Below, one piece after another: positions 1 to 12,099 of a stretch of DNA of 64,000 bases. The notes beneath the pieces are model-generated. The model worked only from the letters and a program-made list of their open reading frames with translations, did not search any database and was not told where the DNA came from. Position numbers and translations under genes: made by a program. Origin of the DNA: Podarcis filfolensis (Eukaryota); NCBI GenBank assembly GCA_964270895.1, contig OZ185439.1. The stretch is one strand, 5' to 3'. Numbering within the stretch: the stretch's first letter is position 1; each line of letters begins with the position of its first letter.

Positions 1-528
1 AAGATCTACCCACCCTGGAAGAGTGGCAGATGAAAGTGATGGACTTTATGGAATTGGCGGAAATGACTGGCAGAATCCGAGACCTGGGAGAAGAGTTGGT
101 GGAAGAAGATTGGAATAAATTTAAAGATTATTTGCAGAAACATTGTAAAATTAATGAATGTTAAAATGATGTTGGATTGGAAATAAGTGGTATTAGCAAC
201 AAAGTTAATAAGAATATGCAAAAATAAATTGATAATGGATGAAAATACAGAGTTATAAAATGTTAAGATATAGAGTTAAGATAAATGAAAGAGGGTAAGG
301 ATTTGCTGATTTGATTATTTAAATGGGAATACAAGAAGGGGAGGTGTGAGGAGGTCAAAGAAACAAGCAAATGAGTTTTAAGTTATGAAAAATGGAATTG
401 TTTTTAATTGTTCTTATTTTTTCTGTGCTTTTATATGTTGTATCTTTATTTTTCTTTTTTCTTTTATTATGTGTTCTTGTATTTATGTTTTTGCAAAACT
501 TCAATAAATATTTCTTTTTTTAAAAAAA
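1..528 (+). mobile_element. L1-clade LINE 3' end (ORF2 C-terminus plus 3' UTR), cut by the window start
   Basis: Frame 3..164 reads DLPTLEEWQMKVMDFMELAEMTGRIRDLGEELVEEDWNKFKDYLQKHCKINEC*, with the W..F..Y ending typical of squamate L1 ORF2. An AT-rich UTR follows, then AATAAA at 503-508 and a T/A-rich tail to 528. Confidence 0.8.
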
Positions 529-585
529 TGAAGTTGTAGTCCAGCAACATCTGGAGGGCCATTCTCCATTCCTGCTTAACAAGAA
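529..585. mobile_element. Fragment of a small hAT-type MITE
   Basis: The motif gttgtagtccagcaacatctggagggcc recurs at 45931-45960 and, reverse-complemented, in the complete copy at 21425-21558. Confidence 0.55.
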
Positions 586-765
586 TCTCAGCAACCAGCA
601 AGTGATAGGTGGTCCCACCTTCTCCCCATCCCTACTCTAGACTGGAAAGAAAGGAGCAAGTACTGTAGAGCAAAAGGAGGCTTAGCTAAAAAACAACAAC
701 CAAACAACGCATACTATATGGTTCTGCTAATCCACATGTGCAGAAAGCACATGTTGCCTTAGGCC

Positions 766-886
766 ACTCGTCAGCAACCTGTCCTCCAGATGTTTCAGAC
801 GGTGATTTCCCAAGGCAGTACCATTGCTGAGGCGAATGGGAAATGCAGTCCTAAACATCTGAAAATCACCAAGTTAGCAAAGGCTG
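766..886. mobile_element. Degenerate hAT-type MITE
   Basis: Internal cctccagatgtt...catctg arms resemble 21425-21558. The right TIR is gttagcaaaggctg and both 8-bp flanks have a central TA (ccttaggc / ttctaagt). Confidence 0.45.
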
Positions 887-3800
887 TTCTAAGTCGGTGG
901 CTAGAACACTTTTTCACATTTCATGTCGTCCCTTGCTATCTCGGGACATGCATTTGTATGTTCCCCTATTGTATGAACTTCTTCTACCGCCCTCCTTGAT
1001 TTGCAGTCTTTGGCATTTTATATTTTCCCAAAACAATGAATTTATACAAATGCATTGTGCCAAAAAAAAGTAGGTCTCACTGCGGACCGAAAACTCTAGT
1101 AGAGCTGGGAATGGCCTCAGCCTAACTTTCATGCCTTCAATCTAAACTGAGGGTGGAACTAAGGCAAACTTCTGTCTGTGGAAGGATTTTTCCTTGTGCA
1201 ACAAGCGTGTTCTCCCACTAAATCTGTTTTAGGGTTTCCCCCAATCCTTGGGAGAAAATTGGGGGGGGGGGTGCAGGACATGCACGGGGGTAGGGGGGAA
1301 GTCCTGTTTGTGCAAGCCGAGACTGTTCTGCTTGTGAAATAATTTAGTTGAGCATTGCCCGTGTGGTAGTAAAGCTTGTCTCTCTTTAATGGGTTACAAG
1401 CTTTCAATAAGAAATCCAAGAAGTAATCAGAAACAGCATGTGCCAGATTCCAAGATACATTGTACTACCTCCTTTAACAACCACCAGTGGGTTGTACATT
1501 CCACCAGAAATGCTGGTCTAAATGTACGTAGAATGTTTATTGCCAAGGTTAGGAGTCTAGGTAGGCTGTATGTTTTTAAAATTTGGTCTCTGTTATTGTA
1601 GTGATGTATTTTCCCAGGTGGAAAGAAGCCATTCCTGTTTCTAATAAATTTCAATTTGGATTCCTGCTGTGGGTAGATAAGCATTATTTACACGCTTGGC
1701 TTCTGATCCAGTGGCAGCTCCTTGAAAGTGGCGCGCTGCTCTTGCTGCATTTGGGCTGCTGTCTGAGAACTTAATCATAGTTCTGAGGTTGGACAAATTC
1801 CCTAGTTAATGAGAAGAGTTCTTTTCCTGATGATGCATTTTTATTCAGTATTTTTAAAGATTGGTACAGAATTACTGTATGAGATCCAGCTGCCTTTTCA
1901 GTATGTGTGTTATAGGGAGTCTGCAGCATTTTTGTTGCTGGGAAAATGAAATCTCCTCCAAATTGCTAGCATATCACCGGCTATACTTGCTATTGAGAAT
2001 GATGTGGTTATGAGGTCACATCAGGCATATAGTGGCTATTTCCTACAGCATCACTGAGAAGAGCAGATAGTCCAAATGTCATTTTGTAAACTGTAGGAGG
2101 CACTGTATGCCCACTATACTTGATCAGTGAGGGAGGTTTCAAAGCCCTATTAAAGCTAATAAAAGCCAGCTTCTTAGTGGCAGCTGTACCCTCCCTAAAC
2201 AACACCTATTCTTTAGTACTGCCCTGTACCACCAAAATGCTATAACCCTCCCAACACCATTCTATTTAGTATCCATTTCAGTTTTGAGTCTTTTATAACC
2301 TCTCATATGGGTCTTCATCTCCTACCTTAAAAACAAACTGGTGTGGCGGTTCCCAATTCATCAGTGCTATCCTTTAATTCCAATACCAAGGGGCAAGGTA
2401 TTATGCTATTACTGCTGGATCGAGATATACCAGCACAGATGTTCAGCAGGATATTTTTAACCATCTGGGAAAAATACTACATTGCAACAGAACTTCCTGA
2501 AATGTTTTACAACCCTCTCAGAAAATGTGGTAGGTGAATTCTGAAGGGTAAGAAAAGCCTAGCTGGACAAATTTTTTAAATAAAAAAAAAATGAGAGAGA
2601 GAGATGAGGGTACACTACTGTGTAGCAGCCATACAGCTTGACATTTGTGTACTGATTTGTAAGTGTGCAAATTCCTGGTAAGTGTTGTGTAGGGAGAAGA
2701 GGTGCCCAGGAGTCACAATCAAGACTTAAGATGGTTAGAAAGATATGCTAAAGCAGGTGGGGAACATCTGGCCTGGAGAGCAAAAGATTCCCATACATAT
2801 GCAGCAGTCATGTAAAACACGAGGAACAAGTATGCCATAAGAAACGGGAAGCATTTATCACTGCAACATCACAGTCTGCAAAGTATCCCTAACTGTGCTC
2901 ACTAGCATGGCAAAGCAGAGAACATATGAAAACTCACAAGAAGGTATAGTTAACCTTAGTGGGAAGTAATTCTATATTATTATGTGCAGGATGGGAAATA
3001 TCTACCATACCGATTCTCTGTGGCATTTCCAAAGTGCAAAAACAGTGGTACTTCCAATTGCCAAGCTCTACAAGATTTCAAATGAAAATGAAAACAAAAG
3101 TCTGTTTGAGTGGTACTAGATAATCCAGGAATCATGCTGTAAAGCCACAGGATCAGAAGTGGGAAATGATTAGCAATCTGGAGTGAAGTATCTACCCCCA
3201 CTTTTCCTCCCTTGATCTTGCTGTAGTAATAAGCCGCTTGAATTAAATGCCACAACCCACCCATACCCAAAGTACATGTGATACTACAGTTCTCCGTGTG
3301 AGTGAAAGTGCTCTTCTAGCATTTTCTATAATTATTGGATGATCCATTTGTCTTTTTATATCACTTCAGTGCAATCAGACTTTCCATTACTTTTGTAAGG
3401 TATAAGCCAGGGCTGAAATATTGGAAAATTAAAGTGGTGGAAGAACTTCTGTAGAGAAACGGCTCCATGAGAACTAAGGGTCACAAAATCTAGTGCTGCC
3501 TTGTTGGACTGGAAGTTGCTCCTCCTGTGCCCATTGACTGGAAGTGATCCAAGAGTGGTATTCAACTGAACTTTACTCAGAAATTGATGAACAAGTCAGG
3601 CCCAGTAATTTTAATACTCAACTTTGTTGAATACTGCCCTGCCCATTTTGTGACTCTCTTAAAATGACCTGGTAGCTGCCGTTGCCAAGTACAGTATCAG
3701 ACGGTCAGGAAACTGAAGTCTGTCATTGGATCTTTACAAATACAAAGAGTGTATAGAGAGGAGAGCAAATAACTACGAGGTCTTCTAATAGGTAATTCCT

Positions 3801-6762
3801 GCAAACACTGCTGTTAAATATAATCTTGGGATTCTATTGCACTGGATTGGCTAGTGCTCTTTCAGCAGTGGAATACCATCACTCCAATCCATTGTATTCT
3901 GGTTTCCATCAAAGGAACAGATACAAAGCCAGGACATCCTTTAGGAAAAGGCACCCCTAGAAGCATAATAATCAGTATTACATGCTGCTGCTTATAAAAT
4001 CAAGAAAAAATCCAGGCCAAGGAGGCTGCTTGTTCTTTATGTATAAAGAAACATCACACGCTACTCCCCTCTTGTTATAAAATGAAATCCTATTTCAAGC
4101 TGGTTTGCAACCATTTACCTACGTATTGCTTCTCCCTTCCCTCCTGCACTTGTGTAGCTCTTGTCAAATCTCTTTACATCTCCCCCCTCCACTTGAAGGG
4201 ACACTTTTAACCTCTCCTTTGTTGGAGGCAACTGTGAGGGAATCTAAAAGGTAGACTATGACCCCCATAACTGCTTTCACAGAAGAAGCTGGGCAGCTGC
4301 CAGCACAGCTCTTGTGCTATGAATAAGCAGACAAAAGGTGCATTGATTGCTAGCAGAACAGCTTGCCCGCTGCAGCTTTCCTTCCCAGCAATGGTTTGCT
4401 TTTTAGTGGAGGGACTTTTTCTGGGTCAGGCTGCAATTTATCTGCTGGGATTGTTCCCCATTAACAAGTGAGGCCGAGCCTGAATCAACAGAAAAGGCAC
4501 ACACAGCTGGATGCCCAACAATACATATGCCAGGTACTTCACAGCCACAGATGAGTCCTCTTCAAGGTTGTTTACCTTTTAATACTGCATACAGCACACA
4601 GGATTCAAAAACAAGAATCTCATTAAAAACAGAATAAACTTGCCAAGATTAGCATAAAAAAATTCTCTGCCAAGTTACTCAGGATGGGCAGGGCAAACAC
4701 ACCACCCAAGGACCATTAAGCGGGCAGTTTCTCTTAATCCTCTGCCTAAGAGGCCCCACTGGGCCATCAAAGGGAAGCTTGTGAATCTCAGCACTGTCAA
4801 AACCTTTAATTTTTTTTTTTTTTGGTTTTGCAGAGAGGAGGATATTTGTGCAGCACTTGGAAAAAGAAAGCCCACTCCTCTTTACAAGAACCCACACATT
4901 CCTCTTAAGTTTTCAGGTATGAAGGACAAGATGATTTACTCTCGTCTTATCCTTATAGTTATTTAAAAAAAAAAAATGGCTCCAGGGTGAGGAAGCGTAT
5001 TATGGGTTCCCTGAGAGCCTGAAGAAAACTTGTAAACAGTATTGCAGATGTGGATTAACTAGGTTTGGAACAAGTCCTCCATCTGTGCTGGTTTTGGAAG
5101 GCAACTCCCAGTAACACAATTATACCTCTGCATGCCAAGTATTGACAAACTGGTCACTGCTCAGTATTGGTATGGCTTTCCTCATTCTCTGACAGAAGGG
5201 GGCAAGATCCAAAGCTGTCCTTGTGTTCTGCTACTTATCCATTTCCCCAGCCCGGGAAAGGCTAATCTGCAGCACCAAAAAGACGTATTTGCTCTGCACA
5301 GGAAAAATCCAGATTGCTGCAGCATCAGGCTTGGGCTGAGGCAGAATACATGTGATCTGCTTGGAATTCAGGCAGCTCAGTCTCAGGGCAGGGTCCTGTC
5401 TTACAAAGGGTCATAAGCCTACAGAAAATTACCCACCCAATTCAACAGGCGTAAATAATCCAGACAACTCTGAGAGTAATAAAGCCTTCCACACCCCATT
5501 TTTGGCTGGCAAACCCATCCATTGAGTTTGAAAACTGAACTGCATGGTGACTTGCTGCTTACACTCAATAAGCCAGCTCTCTCCTTTGTACCATATTGGG
5601 GAACCTTTGCATTTTAAAAAAAGCAATTTCAGCAATTTCATAAGGTTTAAAATGTTTTCTCCCACCTGCAAAAAGAAAAACCCACTCCTGTGTCTGGAAA
5701 TGTTAAATTTACTCTTCCTGCCCCATCTATGTAAGGCAGCTTCAGAGATGAAAGTCTCATTAGGTGAGAATATTCCTCATCCCCAATGGCAGTTATTCTT
5801 AGGCAGAATGAAGGAAATGCAAGACACCAACAAGCATTACTGTCTTGCTCCAAGTCCCCATCATTCTTCCTCTATAATAGAGATACATTTGATTTAAGCC
5901 TACAGCCAGCATGGGGTCCCAAACACGAGGCAAGGGCTACACTACTCTGCAAGTGTACAGGACATGCCCTACTCCAGGGAACTGCAGAGCTCCCTCTATT
6001 GACAACCTCCACTTTTCTTTTTTTATAAAAAGCAAAAGATAAAACCACTCTAGGGGACAAAGGTGTGCGCAGTGGGGCTTCCCCAGTTGCAGGTAAATAA
6101 TGCATGTTTAAACACATCAGAGGAGTGAGCTGTGGGTTATCAGCCAGAGAAGCAGACAGATGACATGCTTTCCATCAGGGACTTTCCAAAACGTGGGTCT
6201 CAGGGGAAGTAATACTGGTCAGTGAAACTTGGCAACATACAGGATGGCATACTGCCAGGAGCAATCCCTGCACTTTAAAAGGTAACTACTAAAGCATATT
6301 GATGGAAGTTAAAGATGCACATCCTTAAGGTAGTCAAAGCAAGGCAATTCCCCAGTGACACTAAGCTCGCATGCAAATACGTCAGATGCATGTAAACTAG
6401 CATTTTACCAAAACGTAGAGGAAGTTTAACAAAACCCAAGCCCACCAGCATCATTCACAAATGGAAGGGAACACACCAGCAGCAGTTCTTCAGCTAGTCT
6501 CAACTGTGTGAGCAATAGCGTAGCTCCTATGTGACTTTATCTGCTCTTGTTTAAGGCACCAGAAACACCCAACCCTTGCTACAAGCTCTGCACTCTTCCA
6601 AAAAACCCATTGGCAATGCAATAAACTTTGGGATTTACCTCCCACTCTGGCAGAGGCAGCTTGCTGATGGAGAGCCTAAGTGGGTACACAGGTTGAAGGC
6701 TCCTGACCCCCACCAGGCCCAATTACTGTGGATGCCCTTTTGCCTGTCCCCACCTCTAAGCT

Positions 6763-9210
6763 TCATACCACCTCACGCAATGAGTGGTGTGTGTGGTTCT
6801 GAAAGGGGGTTAACTCCTCCTGGGCAGCTGCCTTTGGGGTATCTTTCTTTTGCCTGGGTGGGGTTGGTGGTGGGAAAGTTGGACTCTGTAAGACAGCATA
6901 GATTTCATCCTGGCCAGGTGGGCCCTGGGCTAGTCTGTGCAACAGGGGCTTCAGCAGGCCAACAGTCAGCTGGGATGACCCACCTGGGAGAAAGGGAGGA
7001 GGATCAAATTCTGTTGGGGGTAAGTATTGCTGAAGAATACTCAGGATGTCAGAAGCGCTCAGATTTGTAGGGCAGAGTTCCCACAGCTTGTCCAAGTAAG
7101 GGTCCAGGTCCCTATGCTGGGAGCACTCTCTCAAAAGGATGGTGAAGATCTCTTTGTTCAGCAAAGGGCTTAGCATGGAGAACTTTTCTGCAGCCTCCAT
7201 CACACGCTGCCATCTCCCATGCTGGATAAGGAGGTCCATGGCCTGCAGGATGGCTTTGGGCCGCTGGCTGCATAGCAGGAGCTCAATCTCCATTTCCCCA
7301 TCTGCCAGAGAGCCTCTGCTCCTCCTTGGCAGCACAGCCAGTGCCCTTTTGTAGAGGGGCACAGCACCCTCGGGGCCCTCCTTGTTTCCGTAAGTCCAAG
7401 AGGCACCCAGGTACTCTTGGGATAGCCCCACAAACTGAGGCAGCCACTTAGGCTTGAACTGGTGCAGCGAGAGACAGACGAGTTCAAAAAGTGGAACCAT
7501 CCCATTTAGAGGCCCCTCCTCTTGCTTGCTGAGGCCAGGCACTGATCCCCCCAGGATTTTCTTCCACACATCTGGAGTAGCCCTGGCTACCAGTACTCCA
7601 TCCCCATTCTGTTGCAGCTGCAGGTGGTTTTGGATGGCCTTCCAAGAGGCCCCAGGGAAGGAACTGAAGATGGCATTCAGATAGGCCAGGTTCTCCTTGT
7701 TTAAGTCCAAGTGTAGAAGACGACCGAGCTCCTGCTCCACGAGCGCCTCACCATAGCTTTCCACCTCACTTTCCGAGGCCCCGACCACACACAATTTAAG
7801 GAATTCCAGCTTTTGGTAGCTCTGCAGTTCCAGCTGCATTGTGCCCAGCAGTTTGGCGTAAGGCTCTGGGAGAGCCCTGGGACGTTTATCCTTGGAAGCA
7901 AGGCTATAGCACAGGATGGAGGAGAGTGCAATGGGAGCCTGGAACATGTCTCCCTTTTTCAGTTTCTCTACGGTGAGCTGAGAGCTGCTGAGGCTCCGCC
8001 GCTGATAGTATTTGCAGGCCTCTTCAAAAACCATCTCCACCAGGGTGGGCTCTTCCCTGTCGGTACCAGAGAAGTCAAGGCTGTAGATGCCATTTGGACC
8101 CAGGAGCTGCACTTCCTCCTCCTCGGCATGGAAGTCCAAAAAAAGCACTTCCTCCGTGCTCAGGACTTTCTTTTCTATCAACTGCCTGCTGCCCAAGTCC
8201 ACAAGATAAAGAGCCCCTCCAAAGAAGCAGGCAAGGGTGTCCCCAAAAACCTTCAGCTGGACCTGCTCCCCTGGGGCCAAGGCACTTCCCCCAAAGTCAA
8301 AGATGGGTCTCCACACTCCGTCGGGCTGCACCAGCTCCACAGCTCCTGCCGTGCTAACCAGGAGGAGCCCCCTGCGACCAGAGAGCACACAGCTATGGAT
8401 ATCCAAAGGGTCCATGTTTGCCAAGAGTCCCACACAGCCCAAGAGCAGCTTCTTGAAGTCCACTTCACTGCCTGGAAGCAAAGCCTTAGTACAAATGCAA
8501 CCTTTGGATGGAGCAGCAATGATGATGTCAGCATTTTCGGGACGCCAGATGAGGACAAACTTGGCTACTCCCTGGAAGGTGGCTGGAGTGGGCAGCAGGA
8601 AAACACCAGAGGGTGAGGCGAGCACTCGGTACACAGGGCTGTTGTGCAAGACAATCCTTAAGGGGCTTAGCTGGGCTCCCTGCTCCCCGATCTGAAGGCG
8701 TCTAGTGCAGATGCAGTACCTGAAGGCTCTCCTCTCGGGCGTCAGCTGGGCGTCCAAGGGGGGCCTCTCCTCGCACCACACCAGCTGGGCCCCCCAGCTG
8801 CAGATGGAGACAACCCGGGCACGAGCTCCATGGCACAGCTCCAGGCTCTGCAGCAAGTGCCACCCCACTGCGGGCACAAATCGCCAGAGTTCAGTCTTGC
8901 CGTGCTCCCAGATGATGGTCAGCACCCAAGGGACAGCTGTCGCGGGGCTTTCCAGGAAAAGCAGCCCCACCACGGGCGGCTGAGGAGGCTGCCAACTCCT
9001 CTCCAGGTCAGCCCCGTCGGCGCCCAGGCGCTGGAAGGCCACAACCCGAGCATGCGAGGCCGGCTGGTTCCACAACAGAAGCAGATGCTGCCTGTCCGGG
9101 CTGACTAAGAGGCGGCTGGGAGCCTCGCCCGGGCCGCCCTGCTCCAGCAGCTCTCGCAGGCAGCGGCCGCGGACGAAGTCGCTCCAGTCCGAGACCTGCC
9201 GCAGCTTCAT
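6763..9210 (-). CDS. HPS6: HPS6, biogenesis of lysosome-related organelles complex 2 (BLOC-2) subunit; intronless CDS, 815 aa
   Basis: Long ORF. From the ATG at 9210 it reads MKLRQVSDWSDFVRGRCLRELL...SPDRQHLLLL...LQSLELCHGARARVV...LVWCEER...YCICTR...VLIWRP, matching recalled vertebrate HPS6 (LRLLSDLSAF..RLREL..SPDGRHLLLL..LVWCEER). It lies next to ARMH3 as in human. The track's 9411 start is a GTG; 9210 is the first in-frame ATG. Confidence 0.93.
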   Translation of the reverse strand: MKLRQVSDWSDFVRGRCLRELLEQGGPGEAPSRLLVSPDRQHLLLLWNQPASHARVVAFQRLGADGADLERSWQPPQPPVVGLLFLESPATAVPWVLTIIWEHGKTELWRFVPAVGWHLLQSLELCHGARARVVSICSWGAQLVWCEERPPLDAQLTPERRAFRYCICTRRLQIGEQGAQLSPLRIVLHNSPVYRVLASPSGVFLLPTPATFQGVAKFVLIWRPENADIIIAAPSKGCICTKALLPGSEVDFKKLLLGCVGLLANMDPLDIHSCVLSGRRGLLLVSTAGAVELVQPDGVWRPIFDFGGSALAPGEQVQLKVFGDTLACFFGGALYLVDLGSRQLIEKKVLSTEEVLFLDFHAEEEEVQLLGPNGIYSLDFSGTDREEPTLVEMVFEEACKYYQRRSLSSSQLTVEKLKKGDMFQAPIALSSILCYSLASKDKRPRALPEPYAKLLGTMQLELQSYQKLEFLKLCVVGASESEVESYGEALVEQELGRLLHLDLNKENLAYLNAIFSSFPGASWKAIQNHLQLQQNGDGVLVARATPDVWKKILGGSVPGLSKQEEGPLNGMVPLFELVCLSLHQFKPKWLPQFVGLSQEYLGASWTYGNKEGPEGAVPLYKRALAVLPRRSRGSLADGEMEIELLLCSQRPKAILQAMDLLIQHGRWQRVMEAAEKFSMLSPLLNKEIFTILLRECSQHRDLDPYLDKLWELCPTNLSASDILSILQQYLPPTEFDPPPFLPGGSSQLTVGLLKPLLHRLAQGPPGQDEIYAVLQSPTFPPPTPPRQKKDTPKAAAQEELTPFQNHTHHSLREVV

Positions 9211-10000
9211 CTCGGGGCGTCCGCCGCGGCTGCCGACCACATGGGGAAGGAGCTCAGCGGGACGCGCCGCGGCGGGGCGAAGCTGGCGGCGCCTCCCCAA
9301 CGCGCCCTGCCTCTTCGAGCCGGGAGCCTCGCTTCGCCCGGGCTCCCCGCCGACTCTGGCGCCACTATACCCCGCCTCGACGCCCTTCTTGCTCTCGCCG
9401 GGCACTTCCACGTCCTCGAGGAGGGCCCCGCTGCCTGCCTCTGGCGCCTCCCGAGTCCCCTTAACTCTAGTCCGCCAGCTCCTGCGCGCCCTGCTCCTCC
9501 GCAGCGGTCAGGTCCTGGCACTCCCGGGCTCCGTCCCTCGTCCCGCTGCCCCGCTTCTTCCCTTTTTCTCCCTTCCTCGCGCGCTCTCGGGAGTTGACAG
9601 CAGCTCTCCCTTAGGCGCCCCGGGGTCCGCCCCGAGGAGGCCGAGCGCAGGCAGGTCGACCCGGGCGTTTCTCTAGCGAAGCTCTGGGCGCGCGGGCAGC
9701 GAGAACCTCGGCGCCTCTCCCCGTCCAGGTCCGAAAGCAACAGCGCCCCGCACAATTACTGCAATCACGAGGCCTCTCGTTTCCGGGCGCAGTCGCTTCC
9801 GCGGCCGGGCCTCGGCGGCAGAGCCCGAGCTGCCTCCGGCTCTCTTACTTCCGTCCCTGCCCGACGAGGTTAAAAATCTCACCGCCCCGACTGAGCTGCG
9901 GCTCCTGAGTGTAGAAGCAGGCAGAGGAGAGCAGAAGCCCTCCCGGGCCTGCTTTACAGCTCCGCCCTGCGTTAAAGAGACACGTCATTATCATCAATAG
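9050..10000 (-). promoter_or_regulatory. CpG island / HPS6 promoter region
   Basis: Very GC- and CpG-rich. It contains an ETS-type CGGAAGT (minus) at 9847-9853, a GC box GGGCGGA (minus) at 9961-9967 and an ATF/CRE-like TGACGTG (minus) at 9981-9987. Confidence 0.75.
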
Positions 10001-10759
10001 TTTTCACTTGTATAGCGCTTCATATTTCGACGGAATCTCTAAGCGGTTTAACTTTTAGAGGAAGGTCGCAGAGTATTTACTACGAAGGGTGAGAGGACTC
10101 AGCAGGCCTTTGGCCCCTCAAAATTAGCCGCTTTGCATTACCTGCAATGCATGTTTACTCCGGTGTAAGTCCCATGGTGCTCAGCGGCGTTTACTTCGTA
10201 TAACACTGCAATTTACCGTCGAAGTAAATCACAAGCCAGTGGTTTTTAGGATTGTTGAAAGCAGCAGAAGGCTTCCTCGGGGTTTTCCGACAGGAGACCA
10301 GTCACTGGTTTTATTTAACAGTGCAGTCATAGTTCCCCCTGCTTGAGTGGGCCTCACAGGAAAGTGGCCTTAGGGTCAAGATGGCAGTCTAAACTTGTAG
10401 TAACATGGTGTGCAGTCCACAAACAAATACGTTCATGGCTTGAAGTACACGAAAAGCAGCTTCTAGCCTTGAGAATAAACCCTACTGAAATAAACTGAAT
10501 TTTCTTCCAATAGGATCAGGCTGCTTTCTTAAACTCATTTATAAAACCTCCACCAAAGTTTACTGCAAAAAGGGGTTCAGTCCTGTGCACCCTTACATTC
10601 TAGTACCACTGTGGAACTTACGTTTGAATAAAGGTGCATAGGATTGGGCTGCATATTTGTCTTGGCTCAGAGAATATTGTGTTCCAGTTTTTCAGAAAGC
10701 AACCTCAATTTTACCTGCATAGGAGTAGTGGGGAATAGGAAGGATTGGGCCCAGCTTGG

Positions 10760-10855
10760 TGGTTTGCCATAGGCATCAAGTTGGCCACTATGAAAACAGG
10801 ATGCTGGACTAGATCAGCTAATGGCCTGATCCAGCAGGCTGTCCTTATGTTCTTA
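10760..10855 (+). mobile_element. CR1-like LINE 3' terminal fragment
   Basis: ggccac..aacaggatgctggactagat..ggcctgatccagcaggct..cttatgttctta; the same terminus occurs at 62142 and, inverted, at 45654. Confidence 0.7.
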
Positions 10856-11334
10856 AGCATGGTGTGTCTGAACTATACAAATGTGTGTGTGGGCGGCAAC
10901 ACTTTTCAGATGAGGTTTCTTGCTTTGCCAAGAGTGGGACACATTTCCCTTCTTTGTATTTATTTCTTCTTCAGAAGCAAACAAGCAGGGGCAGGAAAAA
11001 GTCTGGAATGACAAACACGCCCAGACTATCTGCAGAGCAGGATGAACAGCCATCTAGTTGCAAATTTCTGCAAATCTGCTGACTGCAAGCAAGCGAATCA
11101 AACGTCAACAGTTTGTTCTTATCTAACAGTGAGTATGCGCAGCGGTACATGAAGAGTACATATTTACAGGACGACAAACCAGCTGATTGATTTGATCTGA
11201 TTAAATTGCATGGATTAATTTGCAGCTAGGGTTTCTTCATGCTTACGCTGTGTGAGTGTGTAAAAGCACATGGAGGATCCTTCCTGCCTCGTGGTGGTAA
11301 CTGCTTCTTTTACACAGGCTACTTCAAGGTCTAA

Positions 11335-11632
11335 GGGATGCGGGTGGTGCTGTGGGTTAAACCACAGAGCCTAGGACTTGCCGATCAGAAGGTCGGCAGT
11401 TCGAATCCCTGTGACGGAGTGAGCTTCCGTTGCTCGGTCCCTGCTCCTGCCAACCTAGCCAACCTCCGGTGGGAAGGTAAATGCCATTTCCGTGTGCTGC
11501 TCTGGTTCGCCAGAAGCGGCTTAGTCATGCTAGCCACATGACCCGGAAGCTGTATGCTGGCTCTCTCGGCCAATAAAGCGAGATGAGTGCCGCAACCCCA
11601 GAGTTGGTCACGATGGGACCTAATGGTCAGGT
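11335..11632 (+). mobile_element. Sauria SINE (lacertid type), internally deleted and lacking the 3' tail
   Basis: tRNA-derived head (gggatgcgggtggtgctgtggg..gttcgaatccc). It is collinear with the full copy at 33207-33557 and flanked by the 13-bp TSD tacttcaaggtct (11320-11332 and 11633-11645). Confidence 0.9.
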
Positions 11633-12099
11633 TACTTCAAGGTCTTAGGAACGGGGATCAGCTGATTAGAGATCTTGGAGGCAGATTATGTGGATGTGGA
11701 TGTGGATCCTTTCACTAGTACAGGAGAAGAGAAGTTTTCCATTAGGAGCATAGCTGTCAACTTTCCCCATTTTTTAAGGGAAATTCCCTTATCCCGAATA
11801 GGATTCCTCACAAGAAAAGGAAAAAGTTGACAGCTATGATAAGGAGGGCTTAAGATTCCCGTACGCAGGACACTGGATCCCTCTAGTACGATTCTTTGCA
11901 TGTTGACTCTGGAGTAAGCCGCAATAGGTTTAACAGAGCTTCCCCCTAGGTAAAAAAGCGCGTGGGGTGTAAATACACTGGATCGGGCTGTGAAAATTAC
12001 AACTGCTTCCGTACTTTCTAATCCTGGGGTAGATTACAAAACAACTGGCTGCGGGGAGCCAGTTCTGCTGAAGGTTTCCTTTCCCCCCATATATGCCCG

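Noticed and set aside
600-6700. Exons of a neighbouring gene (LDB1 expected on this side from human synteny)
   Set aside because: No recognisable coding exons; only short ORFs without homology.
9211-9411. 67-aa N-terminal extension of HPS6 given by the ORF track
   Set aside because: It starts at GTG, is low-complexity G/R/A-rich, and has no HPS6 similarity. Homology begins at the ATG at 9210, and open frames are expected in GC-rich DNA.
6576-9755. Many overlapping ORFs of 70-267 aa on both strands (e.g. 7813-8616, 8237-8695, 9207-9755)
   Set aside because: Shadow frames of the GC-rich HPS6 CDS and CpG island, with no recognisable domains.
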